A DNA stretch of 64,000 nt from Massalongia carnosa (GCA_965645245.1 OZ287069.1:2294001-2358000), one strand, 5' to 3'; counted from the first letter of the stretch, positions 10,137 through 24,900 are shown. Translations and numbers: made by a program. The notes: generated by a model not told the origin, from the sequence alone.

Positions 10137-12701
10137 ATGTCATCTTCCGATGACACGTTCAATGGTTTTGATACCGAATCCAATTCTTCCGCTCCCAATC
10201 TCATCATCCTCGAAAGAATCGCATCTGCCTCCCCTCCGCCAGCTTCTCCCCCTCCGCCAGCTTCTCCCCCTTCGTCAGCTTCAGCACCTCTTGCTGCTCC
10301 GGAAGAAGGACAATCCTTTGAGTCTTTGGAAGACTTGATTCAACGAGTCAATGAGCATGCTGGCCCGCGCGGTTATGCAATTGTTCTCGCTCGTACGAAG
10401 AAGAATAAGGATGGAAATACGCGCAAAGCTTGGTTGATTTGCGATCGAGGAGGCAGAGTGAGAGAACCTCGTGGACAAAGTCGTCGTCATACTGCCAGCA
10501 GAGCCATTGCTTGTCCCTTTTCAATGATTGCGATTCGGGAAAAAGAGTTGTTGCGAATGCCAAGCCAGCTAGAGCATATCTGACGTAATATGCGAATGCC
10601 CTCGCGTATTTTACTGATATGGGAATAGTTACATCTGAGAATTTCTGGTATCTTCGATGCTTAGAAATTCAGGTCTATAGACGTTCGAGTAGAATCTCGA
10701 ATGTTCTATGATCAACATGTATATAACATCACTCCTACGCATAGCTTAGAGATCAGTCGCAACAACCTGAATTATTTCATTCATAGAAGTTCTGTACTAT
10801 CCAGAGACTTCTGGCACTCTGCCACCTATTTTCTGTGCATTGGGTCCATCATTCTCCATCCATCCCTCCTATTTTAAATAAGAGTCTGATATCTGGTTTT
10901 TGGAAGTGGTCAAATCGGAACATAATCATGCCTCGAGTTTAGCAGGGGCTCATCCAGTGCATCGAAAGATGGCTATCACCGCCGAGGTAAAAGATGAGAT
11001 ATCGCGTCAGCTAACTGTTCAGACTGCTCCATCGAAAGTGATTTGGAGTCTGCGCATACCTGATCTTACCACCGGAATCAATTGGGACGATCCGGCCAAT
11101 CCTCGAGTCGTCAATCCCATGAGCAAACCTCGAGACATCTACAATCTCAAGGCTCAACTTCGTCGCGAGGCTTTGGGACCGTTGACTCCCATACAGGCAT
11201 TGATTCGAGAGCTTGATCAGAGCGACGATTGGTTGTATCAAATGCAAAAGAATGAGGAGGATCGCAATCAAATAACTCATTTATTCTTTGTAAAAGGAGG
11301 TTCCCGAACTTTTTTAACGTCCAACTATGAGGTTCTGATCATGGATTGCACTTATAAAACCAATCGCTACAAAATGCCTCTTCTGATCATCAGCGGTCAA
11401 ACCGCATTGCATACCAATTTCTATGTGGCTTTTTGCTTCATGGCCAGTGAGACAAAATTTGACTACACCTGGGTTTTGAGGCAAGTCAAAGCTCTATATT
11501 TGCAAATGGAGCTTCCAGATCCGACCGTCATTGTCACCGACATGGAAAGAAGTCTGATGCTTGCTCTTCGTGCGCAATTTCCTCGTACCAATCATCTGCT
11601 TTGCATTTGGCATATCAATAAGAATGTCGTCGCCAATTGCAAAAGACAATTCAGCAAGGAAGAATGGGACACCTTCTTTGCGGAATGGAAAGCGATAACT
11701 TACGCCTCATCGGAAGTCATACTATGGGAGCTCTGGGGTCAGTTTTCGATCAAATACAAGGACTATGAGGTAGTGGAATATCTGGCTACCACCTACATTA
11801 CTCATGTTCAGCATTTCGTAAGATGCTTTACCAATCGAGTACTGCATTTTGACACCACCACTACTTCCGAGGTGAGGGAGGGCATGCAGTGATCAAACGT
11901 CAATTAGGAACGTCGACCGGAGATCTGAAAACGGTGGTGGACGGAATCAGTCTTTTATTGATGAACGAGTATCATAACTATTGGATCAAATTGAATGAGG
12001 ACAAAACGCGATATCCGCTAGATCTTCGGAAATCAAATTTTCAGCAAATATCTCCATTCATCAGTACTAAGGCAATCAGAAGAATTAATTCTCAGTACGA
12101 TTTACTGACCGGGAGACCGACGGCTCTGCCAGCATGTACGAATTCTTTTACAACCAGCACCGGACTGCCTTGCAGTCATAGAATTCAGGAAAGATTGTAT
12201 GGCGAAGGAAGTTTATTGCTGGAAGACGTTCATCCACATTGGAGATTTGAAAGAAACGCTCCCGCCAATGATTTCAATCTGCTGATAGTGGAAGAACCAG
12301 ACATTATTCGACCTCGTGGACGACCTTCGGGAGCGGAAAACAGAAGAACTCAAGCTTTCAATGCCTCTACGGGTCGACAACCTTCTCAATTCGAGCGAGT
12401 TATTATGGAGACGGCAGAAGATGAAGAGGTGCCAGCGGATGTGGAACGGGTCATTCGTCGGGCGGATCCAGCCCGACAAGGGCGCGAGGCAGAAGAGCTC
12501 GAGCTGATCGAGGTGATCGAGGTGGTGGAGATGCACGGGGGACGCGGGGGACGCGGGGGACGCGGGGGACGCAGGATGCGCAGGAGACTCGAGGGACTCG
12601 AGGTGCGCGAGGGATTCGAAGAAGTGCTCGGAATGCGCGAGAGAATCAGGGAGGTGAGGGAGATGTCAGAGATGGAGACGGCGAAAATGAGGGTTGAATG
12701 A
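10137..12701 (+). pseudogene. MULE transposase, disrupted by an insertion and a frameshift
   Basis: FAR1/WRKY-like Zn finger (CDRGG..CPF..HNH), MDCTYKTNRY, VIVTD, LLCIWH, GLPCSH. Insert at 10549-10880; frameshift near 11866 in the TS(R)GEGGH catalytic-Glu motif. Confidence 0.93.
10549..10880 (+). mobile_element. LTR-type insertion (solo LTR, or LTR plus leader) inside the MULE transposase
   Basis: 5-bp TSD AGAGT at 10544-10548 and 10881-10885; removing insert plus one TSD restores IREKESDIWFLEVVKSEHNH. Starts TGTTGCGA; matching TCGCAACA ends at 10764. Confidence 0.85.
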
Positions 12702-15700
12702 AGCAGCGATAGATCAGGCAGGAAATGAGGTAGCTAGTCTGCTTTAAGTTTAGTAGCTTGAAATCAAGGTGCGAATGGCCAACATGGTGCCAATCGACTC
12801 CGATTCCTGAGGTTCGAAAACATGGAATTTCTTCCTTCCCCATCTCAGGCGACAGAATTTCGCACCGCTTACCCTACTCGGGAAAGGGGCGGCGGAAACT
12901 TTTCCTTTTGCGGTTACTTTTTCGGGGGTGTGAATTTATCCAAGTAGGGTGTGAAGGTAGCAAAGTAGGGTGTTAAGGTAGCTAATAGGGTGTGCCCGTA
13001 TCCCGACCCTTATTAAATATGTACAACCGGAACTGTCCAAGCTCTACATCTTTAAGAGTTTGGGTAGTTGTCTTAAAACAACTGATGGGAGCACCTTGGG
13101 AGCTTTTTTTTTTGGCAGTTGCTGATTACTGAAGTCGGTTTCACGGATGGTGGGTTTCGTCTTAAATATCACGTGACTTTCCATCTGTCACGGCCTACTT
13201 GGTCATTAGATCTGTAACGCTACTCCTAAGATGGTCCACTCAGCCCTTGAGTTGAGAAACATGAACCCACATCCTACTCAATCAATTTCAAACCGGCCAT
13301 GAAATCGTCACTGCAGAACTAAGGTCTATATTTTTCTATTTATCGAAATCTCCCTGCAGCATAATAAACCCCATACGAGAAACGAACAGACTTGACAAGT
13401 ACCTACTGAAAGTCCTGAAGCATGAAATACCTTCTAATATACCTTCTTACCAAATTACCAGAATAAGCAAATACGCATTGACTTATGGCTCTTGATAATG
13501 TAGAGTAAGCTAACTTGTGTTCTCCGGTTCGAGAGCAATAAACTGCGAATGCCTTTTGCATTCTTGGCCGGAGATCCTAAGGCTTTTCTCTGTTTTTCTG
13601 CTTCTCTGCTTAATCGTGTTAGACGCTTCTTCATGAATTTCTAATATCGACATAAAAGATCGACTCCGGCATGACGGCAACAGATACCCAGTGGAGCTTG
13701 ACATCTCATCGATATGGATATAAACTAAAAAGATCAAAGTGGTACAGACACCCTTCTCTACCAAGGTCCTATCGCCACCTTTCGAAGCTCTATAAACCTA
13801 TCGATGTCCAGGGACACCTCTAATTTGAAAGAAAATGTCTTGTCGAAGCTAGCTCGCAAAATGAGGCAAGCTTTTCATAGGACATACGCACTCTTGCTTA
13901 CTTATGGTAATCACAAAAACTCACTAGGGTTTGAGTGATGTATAATATATTGATTTTCCCTATGTTTCCTTTGCATCGACTCTCTTTATTAGATTTTCTG
14001 TCAAAGATTTAGTTCTATTTTAAATGGGAAATCTGGAAGTAGCTGTGGGAATGGTTCCGCCAATGGCTTCCCAAGAGCTCCATGCCCTGCTGGATCTGAC
14101 GACAGAGGATCCCGAGACTGGAGATACAGTTTCTCATTATGCCTATGGATTACTACTGGCGATTAGAACAAATAGTTTCGTCGAGTTCGTGACGCCTTCG
14201 CTTATTGCGAACGGAAAAGCGACGACCCCGAGGTTTCATGTTTGATATATACTCCTAAACTACCTTCATTGCTTTCATAACGGTCCGACTGATTCTCCTT
14301 CCTTTCCTTCTCCAATCGACTTGGATATTAGATCTGAACTTGTATTCTCATTACAGGAGAGGATCTAAGAAAACTGACTTTACAGAGAAGGGGAAGAAAA
14401 AGGAATAGGACAAATCAGGCGAACATGTGCCGATGTTATGGTCGAGTCAAAACTAGATTGATTTGGCAAGTCTAGGACTCTCGGGTTCCAAGAAACAACA
14501 AGTTATACAAATGGCGGGTTTTCTTCCTCTCCAAATATTGGTTGAATCAATAAACTCTTTTTCCCCTTGTCATAGTTGGCAGGATCAAGTTTGAACATAA
14601 GAAGATGTGGTACTGCGAATCAAAGGAGATAAGGCCTTTCACTAGCCAAACTTATGTCTTCCAAAAGTCTGAACATGAAAATCATCCAGATCGCGCTCCA
14701 TGGCATCATACAAGAAACCTTACATAACCAATCAGCTGATATCCCACTGCTTGACTCATCCAAACACATGAGTGGCCTTGAATTGGTACGTTACGCCTTG
14801 CGTCTAACAAGCAGCATTTTGATCTGCAGGCTGGGTGTTCCCCATATCATTGTGGTAGATACCTAGCCACATTTAAGAATCTAATGGAAACTTTCAACCC
14901 CATCATGCTGCTGCTGTACCCGCCAATCTCATTTGCATCCTTTCAACGCAGACATTGCGCTCGTCCATTGCATTCAGTCATCCATCATCAACTTGAATGC
15001 TTTCTAGCCCTTCAGGCATTCATACGTTCAGAAGCGAAGCTGTCAGCTATGAACGCAAAGGAGATATGTGTGAACCGCATGGCAATCCATATACGATCAT
15101 TTTAGGTATCGATGTGAACGATAATTATAGCTGAATAACGGAGAGAAAGGAGATGGAGAGGGAAAGCGAGAGGGAGAGGGAGAGGGAAAAGGGCGAACGT
15201 AGCAGAGAGTGAATGATGATGATGATACCGTCTTACATATCCCGCCGATGCGAGGTAAGCGAGTGGGGATGTGTTTATCGGGAAGATCAATTGGGTTAAT
15301 TGGATCGGCATGGCGGTTGTACAAGGTACGAAGTACGTGGTACCTTGTACCGACGGAGGCATGACTCGCGTGAGAGGACGAACTAAAGCTGGAACTACGC
15401 TCGAAGTGGACATCTCGGGCTTTTAACCTCCGAAAGACGACCCATAAACTTGGATAAAGTGAGATAAGCTTTTGTGCACATGGTGCATCCCAACTATACA
15501 TGGATCGCCCAGCGCCATATCTGTACAGAGTACTTTGTACTCCGTACTCTACTCTGTACACGGCATCGACATTTGCCGAGCAGAGCTTAGTTATATAACT
15601 ACTCTGTAAATGGAAGAATATAATGCTCATTAACGGCTTCCCGGATTCCTGGATTCCCGGCTTCCCTCGGCTTATGCAGCGGTCGATGCACCTACGACAG

Positions 15701-16142
15701 GTTTTGGATCATTCGAGATTCGGTTGGTGCACAGATGTACAATGTACTATGTACAACGCAAAATGCAAAATGCAAAGATCCCCCCCTCCCCCGACGTCAA
15801 GGATACTTGTGATGAGATGTTAGAAAGTTCCTTGATCATGCTGTCTCCATCTTCTCCCAATCCTCTTCCTCTTCCTCTTCCTCATCCTCTTCTCCTTCCC
15901 CTCCGTCTCCGGTCTGGTTCCGTTCCTTTCTCGTTTGCATTGTTCTTTTCTGCACATACATCTGGTGATTCATTAACATAAATCTCTAGACATTTGGAAG
16001 GGGTGGTGTGCGGTGAATCATTCAATTGACAGCATCATCGTCTCTCCCGTTCTACCTTGATAAATACTCCCTTTCAGCTTCAACCAAACGAGGTGCCTCG
16101 AAAATCCTAGATTGATCGCGACAGGACGGTGGACCTGCCACC

Positions 16143-18040
16143 ATGGGAGAACCAATACCTCTAGCAATCGTCGTAGGTGGGGCAGAGCGCAGGGAGGATC
16201 TTGCAGAGTTGGAAGGCCGCAACGCGAATTACATTTCGATGATCAAATCACCGTCGCCCACTGCCATTTCATCGGCCTCATCCCCTACCATGTCAGAAAG
16301 TGGGAGGCCGGATGACGTCGAAAACGGTGCGCACGACAACTCAGCCAGCAAGGCGGATTATAACGGACTCCCGGATGAGGTCAAAGACCCAAACATTGTA
16401 TCGTGGGATGGGCCAAATGATCCAGCGAACCCCATCAACTGGCCTGAGAGTTTAAAATGGGGCAACATCGCAGTCATTGCAGCAATCACATTCATCACGT
16501 AATTACGCAGTTAGCAGCTTGAGGGACTGCGCTAATATAGCCTCTATTAGTCCTCTAGCCTCGTCCATGTTCGCACCTGGTGTCCCGAAGGTTATGGAAG
16601 AGTTCAATTCCCAGAATCTTGAGCTTGGCTCCTTCGTGGTTTCCGTCTATGTCTTGGGCTATGCCTTTGGACCGTTGATTATAGCCCCGCTATCCGAACT
16701 ATACGGCCGCCTCGTCATATATCATAGTTGTAATGTCTTGTTTGTGGTATTGACCGTTGCCTGCGCAGTGAGCAGTAATTTCAACATGCTCATTGCCTTT
16801 CGGTTTTTCTCAGGGACGTTTGGCTCTGCCCCTCTGACAATTGGTGGTGGGTCTATAGCAGATATGATAATCCAAGAAAGAAGAGGGGCAGTAATGGCGG
16901 TATGGGCTTTGGGTCCTCTGATGGGACCCATCATTGGTCCTGTTGCTGGTGGTTATGTTTCGCAAGCAATCGGGTGGAGATGGGTGTTTTGGATCATCTC
17001 TATAGTGGTATGTCGAACCAATCTCCTACCACGTCGTTAGTTGACAACTCTTGAGGCTGGCTCAATCACTATTGCCGCGTTCTTTCTGCTGCGGGAGACT
17101 TATCCACCAACGCTCCTGAAGCGCAAAGCAGAAAAGATTCGAAAAGAAACCGGGAATCTCAATCTAAGATCAAAACTTGATTCTGGACTCGCACCAGTGG
17201 AATTATTCAAGCTTTCAATTGTCAGGCCGGTCAAGATGCTAATATTTTCTCCCATCGTGCTGGCTTTATCCACCTTTATGGCTGTGGTCTATGGTTATCT
17301 GTACCTCCTATTCACCACCATCACCGAAGTCTTCGAGAACAGATATCATTTCTCCCAAGGATCAGTTGGATTGACCTACCTTGGCATTGGCCTGGGCTCG
17401 TTGGCTGGGGTGTTTGTATTTGGTATTGCAAGTGATAGAATAGTAAAGGCTAAATCGGTTTCGGGAGTCATGAAGCCGGAGTATCGACTCCCACCAATGA
17501 TTCCGGGTTCATTTGCGGTTCCTGTTGGGTGTAAGGAACCGATTCGTCTCGCCAGCACGTCATCTCACTAATATTCTTACAGTATTGATCTACGGATGGA
17601 CCGCCGAGAAAGGCATCCATTGGTTCGTTCCTATCCTCGGCACTTCGCTAGGTATTCATTCACCCTTTAGTCATGATTAAAATTGTCATTGTTAACCTTT
17701 GTTAGTGGGCCTCGGGTTACTGGCAACTTTCGTGCGTTTCTAATAGGCGCCCTTTTCTTTCCAATCAAACTAACATGGTTATCAGATGCCCATCCAAACC
17801 TACCTAGTCGATGCATTTACAGTGCATGCCGCCTCCGCGCTGGCGGCAAACACAGTACTACGTTCCCTTGTCGGAGCTCTGCTGCCCTTGGCCGGCCAAC
17901 ATATGTACAAAGCCCTTGGCCTTGGCTGGGGTAACTCTCTCCTGGCCTTTATCGCGCTCGCCATGTGCCCAATCCCGGTTATATTCTACAAATATGGCGA
18001 AAGGATACGGACGAGCCCCAAGTTTCAGATACATTTGTGA
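16143..18040 (+). CDS. MFS multidrug transporter, DHA1 family
   Basis: ATG in GCCACCATGG context; motifs [51 protein letters not shown]; introns 16499-16550, 17008-17055, 17531-17582, 17652-17705, 17732-17785. Confidence 0.95.
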
Positions 18041-20199
18041 ATGGAGATATGATGTGGTTTGGGTATCATCCTGAATCATACGTTAATAGTGAAAGATGCA
18101 ATGTACATGACTTGTTTGTTCGGTCAAGGTGGTTTGCATTAGCCCCGGCATTTGAATCCCTCTTCGCTCTGTACAAATGCATTTAGTGAGATGGCATTTC
18201 CGCGTTTGGCGCTTCGGAGATCTTTGCATGCATCAACGACAGATGATGCATAGCTTATGACTAAGCGTAGAGCGAACTTATTTCGCTATCCTGTTGCGAG
18301 AATCACTGTTCAACACGGTTCGGATTCCACACGGTTCTGTCTTCTCATACTTCATTTTTCTGCTATCTCTCTCTCAATTCCTTCCATTTTTCCGGTTCAC
18401 CGATATATACCTTCTAACTCGCTTTGCATCATTTGCCTAACAATCCACGGCTTCCCAGATGGCCCACATCTAGCCCACCGCTCGCAAACACTCGGATCGC
18501 TAGAGTTCCATGCAACCTACCTACCCCATCCGTCTCTCCGGGATTGCAAACGGATCGGAACCAAAATCCCTGCGTAAAATATGTAATTTATTACCCAAAC
18601 TACTGGGAGATCCTGCCAAGAAACAATATCCAGCCTTGTTTCCGCGCATCGCGCTTTTGCGGATTTCTTGCGAGTTGCCGCGAAATCTCTCTCTCATGAT
18701 TCGCTGCATATATTGTTTATTTTTTAAAAAAAAAGAGGATCTTCAAAAGCGGTGTGGGTGGCGTTTGCTTTTCCTCTCCTTCTTCTGCCCAATTTCCCAT
18801 CGACATGTGTTTTTATTCCTGCATTCTTCACACGCCCGTGAGCAGAATCCCAAATTCTCCTCTCTCCATGAATCCATCTTATTCCGTCTGTCTATCCATG
18901 ATACTTCATGTCTTCGTCAATCTACCACCATTCCTTCCTCTTCTTTAGTATAAGAAGCAGGGGTCCCCCCCGTGCCCTCTAATAACTTAAATAGAGAAGA
19001 GCGCATTCACCCGCAAGACTCGGCGGTGATAACATATCATCATCATCATTGTCATTATTATTAGTCGAGGTGGGGGCGTATGGGCGGGCAGGTGCAGAAC
19101 CGCGTTTTCCGGAGGAGGGGGCCAAATAAAAAACAATCTGCGCTGATGCCGTTGACACGTACATGATTAGCATATGTGTATTCAAGGCTTCCTCCCGAAC
19201 CTAGGGAGGGAGAGGAGGGAAGGGGAAGGAGAAGGAGAAGGAGACAGGGGGTTAGATCAATCTAGGGGTGATTGCATTTTTTCACCTTGGCGGGAAATAT
19301 TACATATGACAGGGTTTTTTTGGGGGGGTGGGGGCAGAGGGGGCCGGGGTTCGGAAAGGGGATAGGGACAAGGATAGGGAAGAGGGAAGATGCGTGCATA
19401 TGTATACGCCGCTTCCTCCGGCCCCTCCCTTGTTGTTTGTTTGTTTGTTTTTGCGGAGAAGAAGGGGGGGGAGATGGTTGGTTTCGAGAAGTCGCTTTCC
19501 GGGTTCTCCGGTTGCCCCTTTCCCCCTTCTTCCGTTTACGGATTGTGGGTGTGGGTTTGTATCCGCGAATGTGTCTCGTTTTCGCTTCTAGCTGCTGCTT
19601 ACCTACTTACCTACTTGTCTATATATATATACATATACCTCCATCCACCCCAAACACCGCAGGATTATCTCTCTTTCTGCCTTTCCTCGTTCTGCTTTCT
19701 TGGTTTTTCTGTTTCTGTTTGTTTCTTTTTTTCTTTCCTTTTTTTATAAAAAAAAAACAAAAAGTTATATTAAATAGACAATCAAGCCCTCGGAAGATGT
19801 CAGGCCTGCTTGCCGTCTATCTCGCGACCAAACGGTGCAACTCCAACGAGCAGCTGTCCGTTTTTCCGGGTGATAGAGTGCTTCGATCTCGCAAAGACCT
19901 AGCGAGAGGGGGCCATCAGCGCTCGGGCACAGTCAGTTTTTCAAATTCCGCTTGATTTGGCTTTTCGATCTAATCTACTTTTTCGGGCTTTATAAAGGAG
20001 AAGACACGTGGTGGGGCATATATATTTTTTTACGTGTACCTACTCGGCCCGTTGCAGATCCTCAATCTCAACTTTCTTTTTCCCGAGCCTATGTCCTGCA
20101 GCCGCAACCATATCTCCTCTGAGGGGGGGGGGGGAAGGAGAGAGCAAGGCTTCACTCCCCCCAAGCCTCCCTGGCCGGCCTCCCTGGTGTTCGTCGTCG

Positions 20200-21930
20200 A
20201 CCTGATGAGCGATATGAACTTTCTCTATGTGTTCGAGTTATTTATCGCGCTTGGGTTCAGAGGCTACTATAGATGCAACTGGCGAATATCTACTTCGGGG
20301 GGGTTGGCGAATTCCATCAAGAAGAGAGTAAGTTCCCCGTCTCTAGCCCCTAGTATGGGACGCGCACTTTTAATCTCTGCAACGGTTTCTAAAAAAAATT
20401 GTAGAGCCACCTCAAAGATCCGCTCCAGCGGGCTAATTTGAGGAGCACGGATGGGTCAAATTACCCACAACTTCCCAGCGCTGATACTCTTTGAAATCAC
20501 ACATACACAAATATCGATAAACTCACCAATTTGCTCACTCATGTAAAAGCCAATGGACTTTACCGATGCCGAGACTTGGCCTTAGCCCAGGAAGAGTAAC
20601 TTGCGGGACTATTTCCCACTAGAGAATATTCCAGGCCTGGAAGTTTGGGTTGCACATACTCACTTTCAAACGCCATGCTGTACCGAACAGATAATTTCCT
20701 TACACTGCTTCGGATCCTTGCTTCCTCACATTGAGGGCCTGAGCAAAAGGGCCTACAAGGCATTCGTATCTCATGAACTGATATTCGCTCTGATGACAAG
20801 TTTTCTAGCGCACTCGCTGCCCGAGGCTTCCCGAGTGTTGAGGAGTGGACCAGGTGTTTACCCGGGTACTACCGAAGGGCATCAACTGGAACTCTCGGGT
20901 ATAAGAAGATCTGGCCGATAGTCCTTGACGTTGGTGGTGCAACCACGCTTGCCTGTTGGGATTGAGCTTCACTGCAATAGCGGCATTCCACTGAACCTGT
21001 CTCGCCGTGGTTTTCGATGCTTGAAGGGCACGATGACCCAGTACCCAGGAGGAATGGAACGGATTTTGAAACCAGCACTACCCCTTATTTTCTAGTCGCA
21101 GAAAAAGCCTGCCATCAAATAGCTCAAGCGCTGGACTGTTTCACGAAGGAAGATGTCTTAAGTAGGAAGGTGGATGTAAAGCCCGAAAAGCCTGAGGACA
21201 TCCCTCTGCTCAAGTTCAACAAGTCTGCCTCCAGATGGTCCAAGCGGTAGACTATCTCGCAAAAGGAGCTGAAGCCCAAAAAAATCATGTATTGATCAAG
21301 CCTAGATAAGTCTACGGGCAAATGCTAGAAGCCCGGACTTCCTCGGCCAGGAAGGATTTGTCAAGATGGGATGTGGACCAGAGCAATACCTATTAGAGCA
21401 GGTCCAAGTGTGGCGCGGTGATATCACAGAATGGAACGACAGGAAGCTTTTAGCACTAAGTGTGCTTTGACGCTCCCTACATATTGTATACAATAACCAA
21501 CTGAGCTGTTGCCCCATCGGTAGACACGCGCCCCAGAGGTTAGCTTTGTGATAATCTCTGAGTATTTAGACACCACGAGACAGCGCGTTCGATTCCTCGT
21601 TGATGTGCTTCGATATGACGGATGGTATCTGCAAGGGCACTCCGGCCAACGGCTCGAAAAGCAGCGATAGAGAAGTGGACGTGGTCTTACCCTTGTTCCA
21701 AAGGGTGTAAGAAAGCCAACCTACCTTCCTACTGGAATTGAAATTGTGGAGCATTCGAGTTTAAGAAGCCAGAAACGCGGGGATCCAATGCAGAGCTGAA
21801 TCCGATGAGACAGGGAGGAACTCTACTCGACGCTTGGTTAGGTTCATAGACAAACAAAACAGGATGCTCGCCCATCGCAGGCTAAAGCTTCAGCGACTTG
21901 TGATGCGAACAGCATATTATGAAGCTAGTT
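20200..21930 (+). pseudogene. Degraded coding relic of unknown family
   Basis: Chain of short protein-like ORFs (20601-20921, 21017-21250) broken by stops and frame changes; boundaries approximate, family not recognised. Confidence 0.3.
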
Positions 21931-24900
21931 CAAGGAGCTGAATGGCACTGCCTGCAGAATGCCAGTCAGGTACAGGTCTGGCCTGCGTGGTTTGGTATGC
22001 TCCATGCCTTCTCAATAGACAACAAACAGCTAGAGATCAGAGCAGCTACGTAAGCGTCTAGCAATTGACCCAATAAGGTCATGGGGGGAGGCCCTTTTTG
22101 ATGCTTTCAACCCGCTACAGTATAAATCTCAGAGGGACAGGGCCTCGATTATAGCTACATCTTCTCACCGTGTTTTTGCCAATTGGGACTGGCGGTAAAC
22201 CTAGCATGTCAAATGTGCGCTTTAGTACCAAAGCTTCCAGATGGATTATTTTACCTTTCCGGCCTGGTTTACTGGCCCACGGAGCTCATCGAACCCAGAT
22301 AACGTTGAAGGTCCCCCTTTTCAATGAAGTACGGAGATTGAGTCCGTCCTCTGATCGTTTGCAATGTAATGCGGTATGATATTTGCTGGCAGGAGGGCTC
22401 ACATTCAATACTCCTTTCGTAAGAGCAGTATTCTCAATCATTCGTGGGAGTCTACTTCTTCAACCCATTTTCCTTCAAATTAAAAAGAACAGATCTGGCC
22501 AGCTATAAGGGGCAGTGAGTGCTTCGGATAGGCAAACACTCTGAACTAAAATAAGAATGCCCGCTAATCGCAGGAAGAGGAGGGCGTAGACAGACAGAGA
22601 TTCAAGCCTTCCAGCAATCTTGTTCGCATCGAGGACACGCAGATATGAAGCCTTCCTTGGGATAAGCCAATTCTCTTAGAGGGGGTTTTCGCTCTTCGCC
22701 ATATGAGCAAACCTTGATAAATCTACTAAAGACTGGCAGAGCTGGAGGAAAAATTGGAAGGTGGAGAAGCGGAAGAAGTAAAAAACCAAACAACGGGTTG
22801 TTAAGCGGTCTAGTAGACATCATTGACCCTGTGAGCTAGCTATACTCAATGAAGAATAATGCCCGCTTCGTCTTGGCAACGGCGACTTTACAGAAATATG
22901 CGCAAATGGAAAAGTTCAGGCTTCGAGAACAGAGAGCATACTGAAGCGGCCGCAAATATGACCGTGCTTTTCAAAGCTTGACCGTGAACTTGGAACCAAG
23001 AACCACTGAAGGCGGCTGCATCGAGGTTTCCTGGAAGGAATCGCTCGTGGATATTGTGCTCCCAAGACAGACTCAAGGTTATCGTTTTAGAGGTTAATCT
23101 TATCTCCTCAAATAAAAGAAAGGGAAATCGCCATCAAGTCCCTAACAGCAGAGTGGCCAGGTTCGCAACTGCAAACGTAAGGCATTGGGAAGCTTTCAAG
23201 AGGCTTGGATCTTATCCAGCATCGATTGCTATCTCCTTTTCTGCTAAAAAAGGCTGGGTCTATCAAAGCAACCTTTCGTGGACCATAGCAACTTTATCAC
23301 CTTCAAAGAGGTTAGTCTAAAAAATTTCAAGTCTGCCGCCTGGATAGGAACCTGGTATTCCTTAGTTTCATAGAGTGTTGTAAAAACAGTGAATACGATC
23401 GCGTCATCGAATTTACGGGTATCAATAACTGCAATGAAGGAATGTGCTTTTTCTGGACACCCCCAAAGCTTATAAATCCCATCTACTACTCGTCATACTT
23501 AACAACACGACACGATATTGACGAACAAAAGGCGTGTGAAATGAGATATCGCTGGGGAATCAAACTAGGGAGCTATGCTAGCCCAGTGAATGGAGCAAAT
23601 GCCACGTACCACGAGCTGTTCACCCAAAACGTGCTCCTGGCTTTGCCTCTCCATGGCAAGAACTATTATTACCTCAACCATCAATTAAAAGTACCTAATA
23701 GTATTGAAACACACCTGCAGTTTCGCCCTGCACCATCCTCGTCGATAGTTTTTCAGGGCTTTAAAACATGATCACCAGAGGAAGGAGTTTCATCTTCTGG
23801 AGGAGCGAGTTATAAACGTTTGGTGCTATCACGGGACCTCATGGATCATGGACTTCTCTTGTGTGGCCCTTATTTCGAAGAACAGAAAGCCCGATTTCTC
23901 GCCTGAGGTGACTTTGGTATCTATCATCTCCAGTGGAAATAGCGGACCTCGTAACGCGTTGTGTAAAGACAAGTGAAAGAATAGATTGAGCTAATCACCT
24001 CCGTGAAAATTCGTGTCCAACTCGAGCGCCAAGTTGATGTAACGCGTTTCAAAGCCTCCTATCTTGGAGCGTTTCGTCATGGAGCCCACGCTTAGCGTAA
24101 TTTGAGAGACTCCTTGGGAATAAAGGGTTTATATGCGAAACCCTCCAAGACAGATTGCTCGCCCCCTTGTTTGGATTCGGACAGGGGGTGCTAATATTAG
24201 ATTTTTCTCGGTGAGAAGACAATGCCTTCGGGAAGGACCCCGAATTTTCTGATGACAGGATATGGCGTTTACGGTTGTGCAACCAGTGTAGGCCGACAGG
24301 TCCAGGTTCAGCTCTGCGGGTACCTGACATGGAAAGCTTCCAGACATGGAGCGGAAAAAGCGGTTTCTGCGAAGAAGAAGATATTGCCTAGGGAAAGCGC
24401 TGGGGAGTGGGTGTAGATAATATATACCGGCGCGATATTCCAACCTTTGATGGTTCTCTAATTCCATCGCGCATGTCCGTTTTTCGCACCCGATCCCAGA
24501 CTATCTTCTCCTCGTCTATTACATGTGGCATAAAAAACCCAATAGACAGCTCCATCTCAACCTCTGGAGTATCGACGAGTCTGTCTCCAATCCCTCCATA
24601 TCGGCGCAGCTTCCGTCCTACACAGCGCTTTCTTAAAGCCTGTCCTCTCCCGAGTTCTTACCACGTTGGACGAACCTTACGGCACCTCGAGCAACACCTT
24701 CGTGACGGAGACAATCGGCAACACTGCAGAAAAATATCCGCAGGCACGGCAACAGCACTTGAGAGAGACCCTGTAGATAGCAAGGATTCGTTTACTGCTA
24801 ATTGGATGTTCGAAGTAGAAGGTAAGTAAAAAAACGCTCGGCGCCACGAAAGGAGAATCCAGGATATTTGAGATTCCCGGGAGACGAAGACGGAGGACCT

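Larger units (their letters stand above)
9893..13009 (+). mobile_element. Mutator-like (MULE) DNA transposon, full length, inactivated
   Basis: Imperfect TIRs of ~160 bp (GGGTGCGGATACGGGCACACCCTATTAGC... / ...GCTAATAGGGTGTGCCCGTATCCCGACCC) with internal CACCCTA repeats; 8-bp TSD TTATTAAA at 9885-9892 and 13010-13017. Confidence 0.95.

Noticed and set aside
18250..20200. Many overlapping short ORFs
   Set aside because: Low-complexity purine/pyrimidine tracts and homopolymers, no coherent protein.
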